Virus record (IMG/VR): IMGVR_UViG_3300033144_006348
DNA from: a virus
Taxonomy: Duplodnaviria; Heunggongvirae; Uroviricota; Caudoviricetes
Reading direction: 5' to 3' (one strand)
DNA length: 64,000 bases
Of the stretch, positions 46,168 through 54,480 are shown piece by piece; the first letter of the stretch is position 1; each line of letters begins with the position of its first letter. A model generated the notes under the pieces. The model searched no databases. It was given only the letters and a program-made list of their open reading frames with translations, and was not told where the DNA came from. The position numbers and the translations under genes are program-made.

Positions 46168-46806
46168 ATGTCAACAGAGTTAATACCTTTAGCTGAAGCG
46201 GAGAAATTTTTGGGTATGGGTAACCTCCCATACGATAAAGATAGAGTTCATAAAAATTGTGACATTTTAGTAGAATGCGCTACAGAAAATGAGGAAGCTG
46301 AAAAAATTCCTCTTTATTATGACGCGAGATTTATTTGCTTGAATGTTATAGGTGAAGCTCAACTTGTCAAAACGGGACAGTTTCATCTTGAATCTCCGCT
46401 AGCAGATGCCTGTGATCGGTGTAAAGGTGTTGGACGAATGCTAAAGCGGGAAATGAAGGAAATAGAAGTTGGATGTCACGACTGCGGCGGCGAGGGTGGG
46501 ACCAAAGAGGAATGCCCTGCATGTAATGGAACCAGGCGACATGTTAGAAAATTTCCAGGGTTGACAATTTCTGTTAACTGCACTCAATGTGATAATAATG
46601 GAGCGAAGATCGCAAAATGCGAAGTTTGCCGAGGATCTGCTAAGGTTAAAAAATCAATTAGCACAGGCAAATTCGCTTCTTCAAGCCAATGTAAATCATG
46701 TAAAGGAACCGGAAAGAAACCTCCAAAGAAACCAAAACGAATTTTTCATGACGATTTTCAGAGTCAATTGGCCGGTTTTCTTAAAAATGCAGCTAACGTA
46801 AAGTAG
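46168..46806 (+). CDS. DnaJ central-domain-like zinc-finger protein (four CxxCxGxG-type repeats)
   Basis: CDRCKGVGR, CHDCGGEGG, CPACNGTRR, CTQCDNNG, CEVCRGSAK, CKSCKGTGK. Lone plus-strand gene after the ncRNA-like segment. Confidence 0.45.
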   Translation: MSTELIPLAEAEKFLGMGNLPYDKDRVHKNCDILVECATENEEAEKIPLYYDARFICLNVIGEAQLVKTGQFHLESPLADACDRCKGVGRMLKREMKEIEVGCHDCGGEGGTKEECPACNGTRRHVRKFPGLTISVNCTQCDNNGAKIAKCEVCRGSAKVKKSISTGKFASSSQCKSCKGTGKKPPKKPKRIFHDDFQSQLAGFLKNAANVK

Positions 46807-46822
46807 AGGCAAGGGAGCATTT

Positions 46823-47338
46823 TTATACTTTCATAGTAGAAAAGTGCTCCCTCAAAAATTGTTTTAATGATATTTTTTTCTTCTCTATTTTTTTCTTTCT
46901 TATTTTTTGTTTTTTTGGTTTATCAATCCCAAGAGATTCATACACTATATCCTTATCTTCTGATTTATTAATTATATCACATAATAAAGAAACATCTCCA
47001 TTTTTCAACGTTGGAGTTTTCTCTCTCAGTTTTTCATATAATTGATTTCTTGCTCTTCTTGGGTAATAAACTATATCTCTTTTATTCACTCTAAAGTCCA
47101 ACACACATCTCTTTATAAAATAAAACAACTCTTCTTTTAAAAGATATCTTAAATCAATATTATTAAAGTAGTTGTTTAAATAATGATTTAATTTTGCATT
47201 TCTTAAAAATAATGAAATAACAAACGTATGAGTTATAGGACTATTATATTTAAGAATATCAACTCCATCTTTTTCTTTTGGTATTGGAGTTTTTATATTT
47301 CCATCAAACAACCAAGTGTTGAACGTTTTAAATGGCAT
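46823..47338 (-). CDS. Hypothetical protein with a Lys-rich C-terminus (171 aa)
   Basis: ORF. Confidence 0.35.
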   Translation of the reverse strand: MPFKTFNTWLFDGNIKTPIPKEKDGVDILKYNSPITHTFVISLFLRNAKLNHYLNNYFNNIDLRYLLKEELFYFIKRCVLDFRVNKRDIVYYPRRARNQLYEKLREKTPTLKNGDVSLLCDIINKSEDKDIVYESLGIDKPKKQKIRKKKIEKKKISLKQFLREHFSTMKV

Positions 47339-48271
47339 TTAAGACTCCTTCATTATTTGTATTATGTTCCTATAGAAATCTTTCATATCCTGCCAACATA
47401 AGATTTCAGGAACTTCTAACTCTCCATTTAAAGCTTTTCTTAACTTTCTAAATAAATCTCTCTTGCTTGTGTACAAATATTCTTTTGGTAATAATTCTGG
47501 ATAAGAACACCTTTTTGGAGCTATTGGAATACAACCATTTAAGACAGCATCAACAATCTGGTAGCCAAAAGTCTCTTCCTGTGCTGTAATAAGAAGAACC
47601 TTTGACTCTGCTAAAAATTCATAATAGTTATGCCATTCTTTTGTTTCTTTTCTAATAATTTTAGAAAACTCAAACTCAACCTCTTGCTCAAGACCTGAAT
47701 CAACTTTTTGAATGGATGGTCTTGAAGCTGAAACTATATCAAATTGCTTACGCATTCCTATATATATTTCTAATGGAGGAATTGGGAGTCTAGTAACAAC
47801 TGTATTATCCCAAAGCTTCTTTTGATGATACTTACTTCCTACAAATATTTTCTTAAAAAATCTAGAGTGAGATGTTTCTACTGGAAATTTTATACATTGA
47901 ACTCCAGCAAAATAATCATATTTATTAACACTTGTAGCATGACAAAATGCAAACATCTTTGGAACTAATTTATGATATAATGCACTACAAAATAAACCAG
48001 GAAAACTTATATCTGCTAAAAATAAAATATCATCTGAAAATATATCCATATTCATATATTCTCTTATTTGCTCAGTTTCAAATTCAATTGCTTCACTTAT
48101 AGGAGCAAACATTGATGCTGTTGCTGCTTTATTTTTCATCTTCTTAAAATATGTTTCTCCAAGAGTTACAACTGTAGCGACCTCTCTAAATTTTTTTTGA
48201 AACTCTGAAATCCACCACTCTTGATATCTCATTGGAGTTGGATACTGAGGTACAAAAATTATCCTTCTCAT
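47339..48271 (-). CDS. Putative GT-B fold glycosyltransferase
   Basis: C-terminal EETFGYQIVDAVLNGCIPIA resembles the GT4/GT1 E-x7-E nucleotide-sugar binding motif. 310 aa. Confidence 0.4.
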   Translation of the reverse strand: MRRIIFVPQYPTPMRYQEWWISEFQKKFREVATVVTLGETYFKKMKNKAATASMFAPISEAIEFETEQIREYMNMDIFSDDILFLADISFPGLFCSALYHKLVPKMFAFCHATSVNKYDYFAGVQCIKFPVETSHSRFFKKIFVGSKYHQKKLWDNTVVTRLPIPPLEIYIGMRKQFDIVSASRPSIQKVDSGLEQEVEFEFSKIIRKETKEWHNYYEFLAESKVLLITAQEETFGYQIVDAVLNGCIPIAPKRCSYPELLPKEYLYTSKRDLFRKLRKALNGELEVPEILCWQDMKDFYRNIIQIMKES

Positions 48272-48570
48272 TAAAATTCTCCCATATGATCTAAAATGCT
48301 CTGTTCAAATAACTCTGGATCAATTTCTGATTCTTTATCCTCTTTCTCCAAATAAGATTTTACTTCGTCAAGCATCTCTCTAACCTTATCTTTGGATAGG
48401 TTGATTTTTAACGCTTCTGTCATTATTGCGGCTATTTCATCTAGTACTAGACTATCAACTCCTCTTTTCAAATCATACTCTGGATTTATAGTCCAGTCTT
48501 CTCCTATCCTTTTCGCAATTAAATTCTCTTCTTCATCAAATAAACACACACCCACTTTTAAATGTTTCAT
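48271..48570 (-). CDS. Hypothetical protein (99 aa), paralog of 48575..48910
   Basis: VGVCLFDEEENLIAKRIGEDW aligns with KLGICFLDMEDNIIAKKVVEANW. Confidence 0.35.
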   Translation of the reverse strand: MKHLKVGVCLFDEEENLIAKRIGEDWTINPEYDLKRGVDSLVLDEIAAIMTEALKINLSKDKVREMLDEVKSYLEKEDKESEIDPELFEQSILDHMGEF

Positions 48571-48574
48571 TTCA

Positions 48575-48910
48575 TTATCCTTTCTCTAGTTCACTTCTAC
48601 ACTCTAGTAACATTTCTCTAATTACATCTGGAGTTGTTTCTAATTTTAAATGTTCCGCTAATATAGTTGCAACTTCTTTCTGAATATCAATATCAAAAAA
48701 TTTGTTCACATCAGTCTCAAGATTGATACTCCAGTTTGCTTCAACTACTTTTTTGGCGATTATATTATCTTCCATGTCTAAAAAACATATTCCTAATTTT
48801 AAAGTTTTCATTTGATCTCCTCTCTTACACTCGTCACATGGATCTCCAATAGCATCACTTCCCATAAATTCTGTCCCACATGATGGACATCTCTGTTTGG
48901 TTGGCATCAT
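48575..48910 (-). CDS. Hypothetical protein with an N-terminal CxxC..CxxC zinc ribbon (111 aa)
   Basis: CPSCGTEF..CDECKRG. The C-terminal part is paralogous to 48271..48570. Confidence 0.35.
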   Translation of the reverse strand: MMPTKQRCPSCGTEFMGSDAIGDPCDECKRGDQMKTLKLGICFLDMEDNIIAKKVVEANWSINLETDVNKFFDIDIQKEVATILAEHLKLETTPDVIREMLLECRSELEKG

Positions 48911-48925
48911 TCTAAAATCCTCCTT

Positions 48926-49465
48926 TTAAAATATCCATTTACAATACCCTTCAAATAATATATATTTTTTATCATATTCCCACAAGCTTTTTTGATTTGG
49001 ATATACATTATTTAACAACTCTTCTTTTTTATCTGGTTCCTGAACTTCATGAATATATGGAGCATTCATATTAGTTGTATAAAAAGTTACATTCATTCCA
49101 GCTCTTGCCAGTTGTTCTCCCATCAGTCCATATTGTCTATGAATTGGATGAATCTCATATATAGGGTCTGGAAAATAAAAAGTAGTGTTTTGATTAATAA
49201 AGGTAGGGGGAACTGTCATAAGAAAGTGTTGCATTTTAACAGAGATGTATTCTTGAATTTTAAGAGCTTCTTCTCTTCTTTTAACATCTGTATTTCCGGA
49301 GTAAATAATAATTAAACTAGATCTTTTCTTCAATACTTCGTAGCAACCAATAATTTCATCATCTGGATGTGGTGCTATTATTACAGTATCGTTTTGAGGT
49401 TGTTTTACTTGCTCTTCATATATGTCATCTTTTTGCACTAATTCTATTATATTATCTTTACTCAT
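48926..49465 (-). CDS. PIG-L/LmbE-family N-acetylglucosaminyl deacetylase-like protein
   Basis: VIIAPHPDDEIIG carries the family hallmark HPDDE. Confidence 0.5.
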   Translation of the reverse strand: MSKDNIIELVQKDDIYEEQVKQPQNDTVIIAPHPDDEIIGCYEVLKKRSSLIIIYSGNTDVKRREEALKIQEYISVKMQHFLMTVPPTFINQNTTFYFPDPIYEIHPIHRQYGLMGEQLARAGMNVTFYTTNMNAPYIHEVQEPDKKEELLNNVYPNQKSLWEYDKKYILFEGYCKWIF

Positions 49466-49486
49466 ACATTACTCCTTTTATATTTA

Positions 49487-49560
49487 TGTTCCCATTCATT
49501 AAAAAAATTACCCATTTATATGTTCCCATTTAAAAATTGATAATCTATATATATTAATAA
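49487..49560 (+). promoter_or_regulatory. Two GTTCCCATT boxes + TATATATATTAATAA; candidate promoter for the 49.57-50.2 kb non-coding RNA / tRNA array
   Basis: Composite motif shared with 45543-45581. Confidence 0.4.
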
Positions 49561-49566
49561 CTAATG

Positions 49567-50143
49567 ATAGAGTGTTTGTTAGTTTTATAATTACTTCGGA
49601 GATGGGATAGCTTTGGGTTGTGATCCCCAAAGTGAACTCCGTGAATTCATAGCCAGGATTATGAGTGGCCAGAGCTTAATCTCTCTAGGTACCACTGTAA
49701 CTGGCCCCTATATTTAATATAGAACAAATTGAAAATTTGTGGGGTTTTGCTCGTTTGTGGAAATAACGAGACCTCCGGATTAGGATGCGTTATATGCCGG
49801 CTTTTAAAAATATGACGGGTTGCTAGTATGGAGGGATGTATAGAAGGAGTACAGGATACAGTCCTGGTATTTCGCGGATACAAAAACTGAGACGGTATGC
49901 TATAGTCAGTTGTGACGTTTGGGCCTCATCGCCGACGGACCACAGACCGAGAAAGACTCCGGTTCGTCCTCCGCCTCCCTGCCGCCGGATACGAAAGCGG
50001 CTATGTGGGAGTGCGTTATCGGCTTCGGCTGGGATTTTTCCCCCGCCAGAATGAAACCGCAATTGGAATAGAATCCGTCCCCCACTTTATTTTAGCAGGT
50101 GACTAAGACTAATTCTCACTGATAGAGTTTTAATTTTCCTGCG
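49567..50143 (+). ncRNA. Candidate structured non-coding RNA (~580 nt), class unknown
   Basis: Locally ~55-60% GC around 49.9-50.06 kb versus ~33% background. Four short mutually overlapping ORFs on both strands. Promoter-like motif upstream, terminator downstream. Confidence 0.3.
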
Positions 50144-50206
50144 AATTGATAGGGATGCTAAGGATGCTGTCAGTGCTAGAGAGCATCCTTCCTATCAATT
50201 TTTTTA
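50144..50206 (+). terminator. Intrinsic terminator closing the 49.57-50.14 kb non-coding segment, upstream of tRNA-Pro
   Basis: Long bulged hairpin AATTGATAGG[gatgct]AAGGATGC...GCATCCTTCCTATCAATT followed by TTTTTTAG. Confidence 0.55.
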
Positions 50207-50303
50207 GTAACTTTAATTTGAGAATGAAACTTATTTTTACAGTTTGTTTCTAGAATCTATCTATTAAAAAGTTTAGAACATATGAAAAATGTAGTTAGTA
50301 TCT

Positions 50304-50381
50304 CGGGGTGTAGCTCAGTCTGAGTAGAGCGCTCGGTTTGGGGCCGAGGTGTCGGAGGTTCGAATCCTCTTACCCCGACCA
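50304..50381 (+). tRNA. tRNA-Pro (anticodon TGG)
   Basis: Hand-folded cloverleaf. Acceptor CGGGGTG/TACCCCG, anticodon loop TTTGGGG, T-loop TTCGAAT, A discriminator, encoded CCA. Confidence 0.8.
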
Positions 50382-50422
50382 TTTTAGAAGTAAACTAAAA
50401 CAGTGAAAGGGAGAATTAGTGA

Positions 50423-50698
50423 ATGAATCTTAGGAAAAAAAGTTATAAAAGTATTGTTGCACCATTGGTCAAAATGGCAGGGGATCTAAAAGATTACGCC
50501 GACAGTCAAAAAACTGTAATCTTAGATTTGGTAGAGAAGAAAACCAAGATTGAGAGCGACATGGAATCATCACAGCTTGAAATAACAAGATCACAATACA
50601 CCTCAGAAAAGATTTCAGAATTGTTAGCTTCTGATGGGGTTGACGACTATGAAGAAGATCCAGAACAAGATGAAACAAAACCAGAAATAACAGAATAG
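50423..50698 (+). CDS. Small acidic hypothetical protein (91 aa)
   Basis: Lies between two tRNAs. RBS GAAAGGGAG. Confidence 0.4.
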   Translation: MNLRKKSYKSIVAPLVKMAGDLKDYADSQKTVILDLVEKKTKIESDMESSQLEITRSQYTSEKISELLASDGVDDYEEDPEQDETKPEITE

Positions 50699-50706
50699 AG
50701 ATGAGT

Positions 50707-50791
50707 GCCAGTGTGGCGTAACTGGTAGGCGCGCATGATTTAGGATCATGTGTCTTAGGGCGTGGAGGTTCAACTCCTCTCACTGGCACCA
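50707..50791 (+). tRNA. tRNA-Leu (anticodon TAG), type II with long variable arm
   Basis: Acceptor GCCAGTG/CACTGGC, anticodon stem CATGA/TCATG, loop TTTAGGA, encoded CCA. Confidence 0.8.
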
Positions 50792-50822
50792 TTTTTAATT
50801 CACGAATTGCGAAAGGAGTATT

Positions 50823-51059
50823 ATGAAACAAGATGAAATTGATAGAGTAGAAAAAGTAAAACAGGAACACGCACAAAATTTAAAAGAAAAGATGAAATCA
50901 ACTGGAGATAAATTTCAGGATTTCGTAAACTGTTTAGAATATATGAAACACGAGTTTTGTTATGATGAAATAAAGGTAATAATATCAAGCTCCTCTAGTA
51001 ATCCAACGCTTGAATGGTCCATAGAAACCTCTAGAGAAAATATAGAGACTAAAAAATGA
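50823..51059 (+). CDS. Hypothetical protein (78 aa)
   Basis: RBS GCGAAAGGAG 7 nt before the ATG, directly after tRNA-Leu. Confidence 0.4.
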   Translation: MKQDEIDRVEKVKQEHAQNLKEKMKSTGDKFQDFVNCLEYMKHEFCYDEIKVIISSSSSNPTLEWSIETSRENIETKK

Positions 51060-51454
51060 GTCAAGAATTTGTACAATTTACTTTTCCATGTTCTGATTGT
51101 ATAGTCAGAGCAGCATGTAAAGACCAAGAAAGATTAACAGTTAAGGATCTATATAACACTAAATCTGCCAAATGTCTTACAATACCAAAACTCGAAGATG
51201 ATAAATCATATCATAAAGTCTTAATGGAATGTATGGCAAATTTATTCAAAGATATAATGGGCAGTGTACAAAAAGATGAAGATCCAATAGGAGTGAATAA
51301 AGAAAACAAACTTCCTTACAGATATGTTACATTATTTTATCAGATGGCATGTGCTATGCAATACATGGTAAATTCAACAAGCTGGAAAATAGGTGAATTG
51401 AAAGATTTTGATAGGGATGAAATAAATAGAAAGTTGAAGCTTGCTAAACTGTGA
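51056..51454 (+). CDS. Cys-motif protein related to the P-C-x2-C-I-V family (FPCSDCIVRAACKD)
   Basis: Core motif present; 132 aa. Confidence 0.4.
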   Translation: MSQEFVQFTFPCSDCIVRAACKDQERLTVKDLYNTKSAKCLTIPKLEDDKSYHKVLMECMANLFKDIMGSVQKDEDPIGVNKENKLPYRYVTLFYQMACAMQYMVNSTSWKIGELKDFDRDEINRKLKLAKL

Positions 51455-51798
51455 AAAAAAATATTCATGAACTTCTAAAAATATGTAATGAAAATAGTGG
51501 AAAAATCCTAAGATCAAAAGAGATTTTAAAACTATTTGGATATTCTACAAACACTAATGTTAATGAAACAACAGCTGGCTATTTTTTAACAATGGCGGGT
51601 AATTCTCCTGGTTCTGGTACGCCACAAATGTGGAAAATAGGTAGTTGGGTAATTGTTACAAGAGATGAACTAAATAGTTTAGTAAATCCGAAAGACATAT
51701 GGGAAGGTAGATGGACAACAATAAAATATAATCAATATTTATTTCCTAGAGACCGTATTCCATGGTGGAGACTAAAGGAATATGGTGGAAAATTATGA
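51451..51798 (+). CDS. Hypothetical protein, tandem paralog 1
   Basis: LLKICNENSGKILRSKEILKLFGYS..WKIGSWVIV..WWRLKEYGGKL. Confidence 0.4.
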   Translation: MKKNIHELLKICNENSGKILRSKEILKLFGYSTNTNVNETTAGYFLTMAGNSPGSGTPQMWKIGSWVIVTRDELNSLVNPKDIWEGRWTTIKYNQYLFPRDRIPWWRLKEYGGKL

Positions 51799-52130
51799 AA
51801 GACATATATGATCTGCTTAGAATATGTAATGAAAATAGTGGTAAGGTTTTAAAAACTCCAGAGATTTTAGAACTATTTGGATACTCTATAAAAAGTAGCA
51901 TATTTCAGACAAAAGTTATAGAATTTTTGTTTTTTCAAGGATATATACATCCATCAAACTATTGGAAAATTGGAAGTTGGGTGCTTCTCTCTTATAAAGA
52001 ATTAAGAGAATATGAACCAGAAGAAAGACAAGCATATTTTGAGGCAAGTAAAATATCTAAAAATCTATATCTATATGATAAAAATAAAGTTGAATGGTGG
52101 AATCTAAAGGAATATGGAGGTAATCTATGA
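51762..52130 (+). CDS. Hypothetical protein, tandem paralog 2
   Basis: LLRICNENSGKVLKTPEILELFGYS..WKIGSWVLL..WWNLKEYGGNL. Confidence 0.4.
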   Translation: MVETKGIWWKIMKDIYDLLRICNENSGKVLKTPEILELFGYSIKSSIFQTKVIEFLFFQGYIHPSNYWKIGSWVLLSYKELREYEPEERQAYFEASKISKNLYLYDKNKVEWWNLKEYGGNL

Positions 52131-52302
52131 CTATAGAGGCATTTCAAATATTATCTAATTTTTATTCTACAATAGTTCTAATAGGAATGGCGGTATGGTG
52201 GAGTCGTAAGAGTAAAATAGATAGACTTGTAAAGGGTATTCTCTTAATCGGTGGTATGATGGAAATTTTTACTATTATTTTAAATTTGTAGAAAGGAAAT
52301 GT

Positions 52303-52680
52303 ATGTTAAGACAAGATGGAGAATATATTATCTTTATTATACAACATAAATATAAAGATAAAAAAGTTGAAGGCTGGAGTAATTCAGGAGATTGTGGTCA
52401 GTTTTTTCCTAACGGGCCATTTACAGAAAAGGAATGGAGAACCAAACATAAAGAAATAGATTATTTTAATGCATCGGGGGATTGCTGGCAAGATACTGGA
52501 GTACATGGAACATATGATCTAAACGAGGCATTTCAGCTTTTAGTGAAGGTAATTCAATGGGCTCCAGAACACAGATTCCGTATTGCAAGAATAGAAATAA
52601 AACAAAAAACAGAACAGGTTGCAGAAGCCAAAGGGAACGAAAGTAAATCAAAAGAAGAAGTAGAAGCAGTATTAACATAG
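52303..52680 (+). CDS. Hypothetical protein (125 aa)
   Basis: RBS GAAAGGAAATG. Its stop abuts tRNA-Thr. Confidence 0.4.
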   Translation: MLRQDGEYIIFIIQHKYKDKKVEGWSNSGDCGQFFPNGPFTEKEWRTKHKEIDYFNASGDCWQDTGVHGTYDLNEAFQLLVKVIQWAPEHRFRIARIEIKQKTEQVAEAKGNESKSKEEVEAVLT

Positions 52681-52681
52681 T

Positions 52682-52758
52682 GCCGATGTAGCTCAGCAGG
52701 CCAGAGCTGGGGTTTTGTAAACCTCATGTCGCAGGTTCGATTCCTGTCATCGGCCCCA
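52682..52758 (+). tRNA. tRNA-Thr (anticodon TGT)
   Basis: Acceptor GCCGATG/CATCGGC, D-stem GCTC/GAGC, anticodon loop TTTGTAA, encoded CCA. Confidence 0.8.
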
Positions 52759-52776
52759 TTTATGAAAGGAGAATCA

Positions 52777-53301
52777 ATGCAAAAACACACCGATATTACA
52801 GTTGGGTTATTTGGCACATGTGACAACATTCCTTGGCGTATACCCTTTATCGAACGGTATGAAAAAGAAGGAATAAAGTGGTTTAATCCCGATTATGGTT
52901 CTGGATGGCATCCAGGATGCATACCTGAAGAGAATTATTTTTTAAACAACGCTGAAATCATCTTATTTCCTATCCTAAAAGACTCCCTAGGGTCTGGTAG
53001 TCTTGCAGAGATAGGGTTCAGTATACAGAACGTAGTACGAAATATTCAAAATGGTAAACAACAGTTCCTTATAGTACTCATAGATGATGACTGTACTGAT
53101 GAACGCAAAACGGATGAAGAAAGAAAAAGGTCTATCAAGGATAGAAAGTTAGTCAAAACTAAGTTAATGGAAAAACTGTCATATCCATCCATAACCATAG
53201 TTAATTCGCTTGAAGAGATGCTTGATCTTAGTGTCGATCTTTACATACTTGCGAAGAAAGGGGAGACAGTAGAAGATAACAGCGAAAGTACGGCTTCTTA
53301 A
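52777..53301 (+). CDS. Hypothetical protein (174 aa)
   Basis: ATG 52777 lies 18 nt after the tRNA CCA, with RBS GAAAGGAG. Confidence 0.4.
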   Translation: MQKHTDITVGLFGTCDNIPWRIPFIERYEKEGIKWFNPDYGSGWHPGCIPEENYFLNNAEIILFPILKDSLGSGSLAEIGFSIQNVVRNIQNGKQQFLIVLIDDDCTDERKTDEERKRSIKDRKLVKTKLMEKLSYPSITIVNSLEEMLDLSVDLYILAKKGETVEDNSESTAS

Positions 53302-53307
53302 TTTAAT

Positions 53308-53399
53308 GCCCCTGTAGCTCAATGGATAAAATTCTTAACAGAAAACAGAGCACCTGAACTGTCAGGTAGACGTTGGTTCGAATCCTGCCGGGGGCACCA
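53308..53399 (+). tRNA. Atypical tRNA-like gene (92 nt): perfect acceptor stem and T-arm, ~20-nt insertion in the D-loop region, non-canonical 6-nt anticodon-region loop AACTGT; identity undetermined, possible pseudo-tRNA
   Basis: Acceptor GCCCCTG/CGGGGGC, A discriminator, encoded CCA, T-loop TTCGAAT. D-region reads GCTCAATGGA[taaaattcttaacagaaaac]AGAGC. Confidence 0.4.
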
Positions 53400-53420
53400 T
53401 TTAAAAGAAAGGAGTGAAAA

Positions 53421-53639
53421 ATGGGATATGATCTCAATACAGTTGGAGATATTAGAAGAAGATTAAAACAATATCCATCAGACTTAAAAGTATTAACTCT
53501 TCACGATGGACTTGGTTATCCAATTAATGAAATTAGAGTTACTTATGTTAAACCAGATAAAAATTGGTCAGGTGACGACTGTTTCATAGGGGCTGAAGAA
53601 GATGATCCTGATGCTATTCAAGTTCTGGAGATTGACTAA
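53421..53639 (+). CDS. Small hypothetical protein (72 aa)
   Basis: RBS AAAGGAGTGAAAAATG 22 nt after the tRNA-like gene. Confidence 0.4.
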   Translation: MGYDLNTVGDIRRRLKQYPSDLKVLTLHDGLGYPINEIRVTYVKPDKNWSGDDCFIGAEEDDPDAIQVLEID

Positions 53640-53872
53640 TGAAATATCATATTGCTTATCAAGATGGTGATGATGCAATACTTTCCAGTTTTAATTCCAT
53701 GGAAGATTTAAAAAGGTTTATGACATCATGTAATCTACAACCAGATGATGTATGGTTAATTGAAGGAGGTGAACTAATTTCTGGGATTGGAAATAAACAC
53801 ATGCCAAAGGAATTTTTTGATGATAAAAGAAAACGGAAAAATAGTAAAATGCCCCGAATGCGGAAGCGATGA
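53639..53872 (+). CDS. Small hypothetical protein (77 aa)
   Basis: ATGA overlap with the upstream gene. The C-terminal basic tail overlaps the next ORF, so its true end is uncertain. Confidence 0.3.
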   Translation: MKYHIAYQDGDDAILSSFNSMEDLKRFMTSCNLQPDDVWLIEGGELISGIGNKHMPKEFFDDKRKRKNSKMPRMRKR

Positions 53873-53984
53873 TATTGAAGCGCCTATGCCATTTGATTAT
53901 ATAAAGCGATGTAATAATGATGAGTGCCCATTTTATTTAGAGAATAATATGAGAAATGAATTTATGACCGGTGAACATAATTAA
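53820..53984 (+). CDS. Small zinc-ribbon protein (CPECG..CNNDECP)
   Basis: Internal ATG of track ORF 53787..53984. Its stop abuts tRNA-Arg. Confidence 0.3.
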   Translation: MIKENGKIVKCPECGSDDIEAPMPFDYIKRCNNDECPFYLENNMRNEFMTGEHN

Positions 53985-54064
53985 GCCTCTGTAGCTCAGT
54001 CCGGAAGTAGAGCAGCTGGTTTCTACCCAGCATGTCGGGGGTTCAAATCCCTCCAGGGGCTCCA
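53985..54064 (+). tRNA. tRNA-Arg (anticodon TCT)
   Basis: Acceptor GCCTCTG/CAGGGGC, anticodon stem GCTGG/CCAGC, loop TTTCTAC, encoded CCA. Confidence 0.8.
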
Positions 54065-54080
54065 TTTTGAAAGGATCTTT

Positions 54081-54266
54081 ATGAAGATATTCAACATATT
54101 TTGGGTAGAATCTCCATGCAAAAAATGTATCATTCGACCATGCTGTCATAGAAGAGATGATTGTGACACAAGATTTGAATTTGAAGAAGGAATATTTTTT
54201 AGGATATTAAGTGCTGGGTTTGCAGGAATTATATTTGGAATTATAAGAAACATAACTGGAATTTAA
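54081..54266 (+). CDS. Tail-anchored Cys-rich zinc-ribbon mini-protein (SPCKKCIIRPCCH + C-terminal TM)
   Basis: Family motif. TTTGAAAGGA RBS directly after the tRNA. Confidence 0.45.
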   Translation: MKIFNIFWVESPCKKCIIRPCCHRRDDCDTRFEFEEGIFFRILSAGFAGIIFGIIRNITGI

Positions 54267-54284
54267 AAGAGAAAGGAGTGAAAA

Positions 54285-54458
54285 ATGTCAATTAATGTAG
54301 AGGATATTGTTGTTGATTTTGAATGTCCAGAATGTAAGTTAACACAACAATCTTCAGTTGGTGATATAATCGAAGTAGGATGCCCTGTATGTACCGTATG
54401 TCAACACAATCCTATAATGTGTCATGGAGATGCATGGATTTATGAAAACAGAACGTGA
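54285..54458 (+). CDS. Small double CxxC zinc-ribbon protein (57 aa, below the ORF-track cutoff)
   Basis: Hand-translated MSINVEDIVVDFECPECKLT..GCPVCTVCQHNPIMCHG. RBS GAAAGGAGTGAAAAATG. Confidence 0.35.
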   Translation: MSINVEDIVVDFECPECKLTQQSSVGDIIEVGCPVCTVCQHNPIMCHGDAWIYENRT

Positions 54459-54480
54459 ATTAATTGGAAAGGAGTGAATA

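Noticed and set aside
49659-50106. Four mutually overlapping ORFs (49659..49883 -, 49823..50062 -, 49836..50054 +, 49912..50106 +) and three at 45591..45928
   Set aside because: Overlapping open frames on both strands in a locally GC-rich segment are the expected by-product of non-coding GC-rich sequence. They are treated as part of the candidate ncRNA regions and not as genes.
50469-50876. Minus-strand ORFs overlapping tRNAs (50469..50876, 52554..52829, 53937..54149, 55402..55824) and the 5' part of 58227..58637
   Set aside because: They run antisense through or across well-formed tRNA genes and lack an RBS, so they are spurious.
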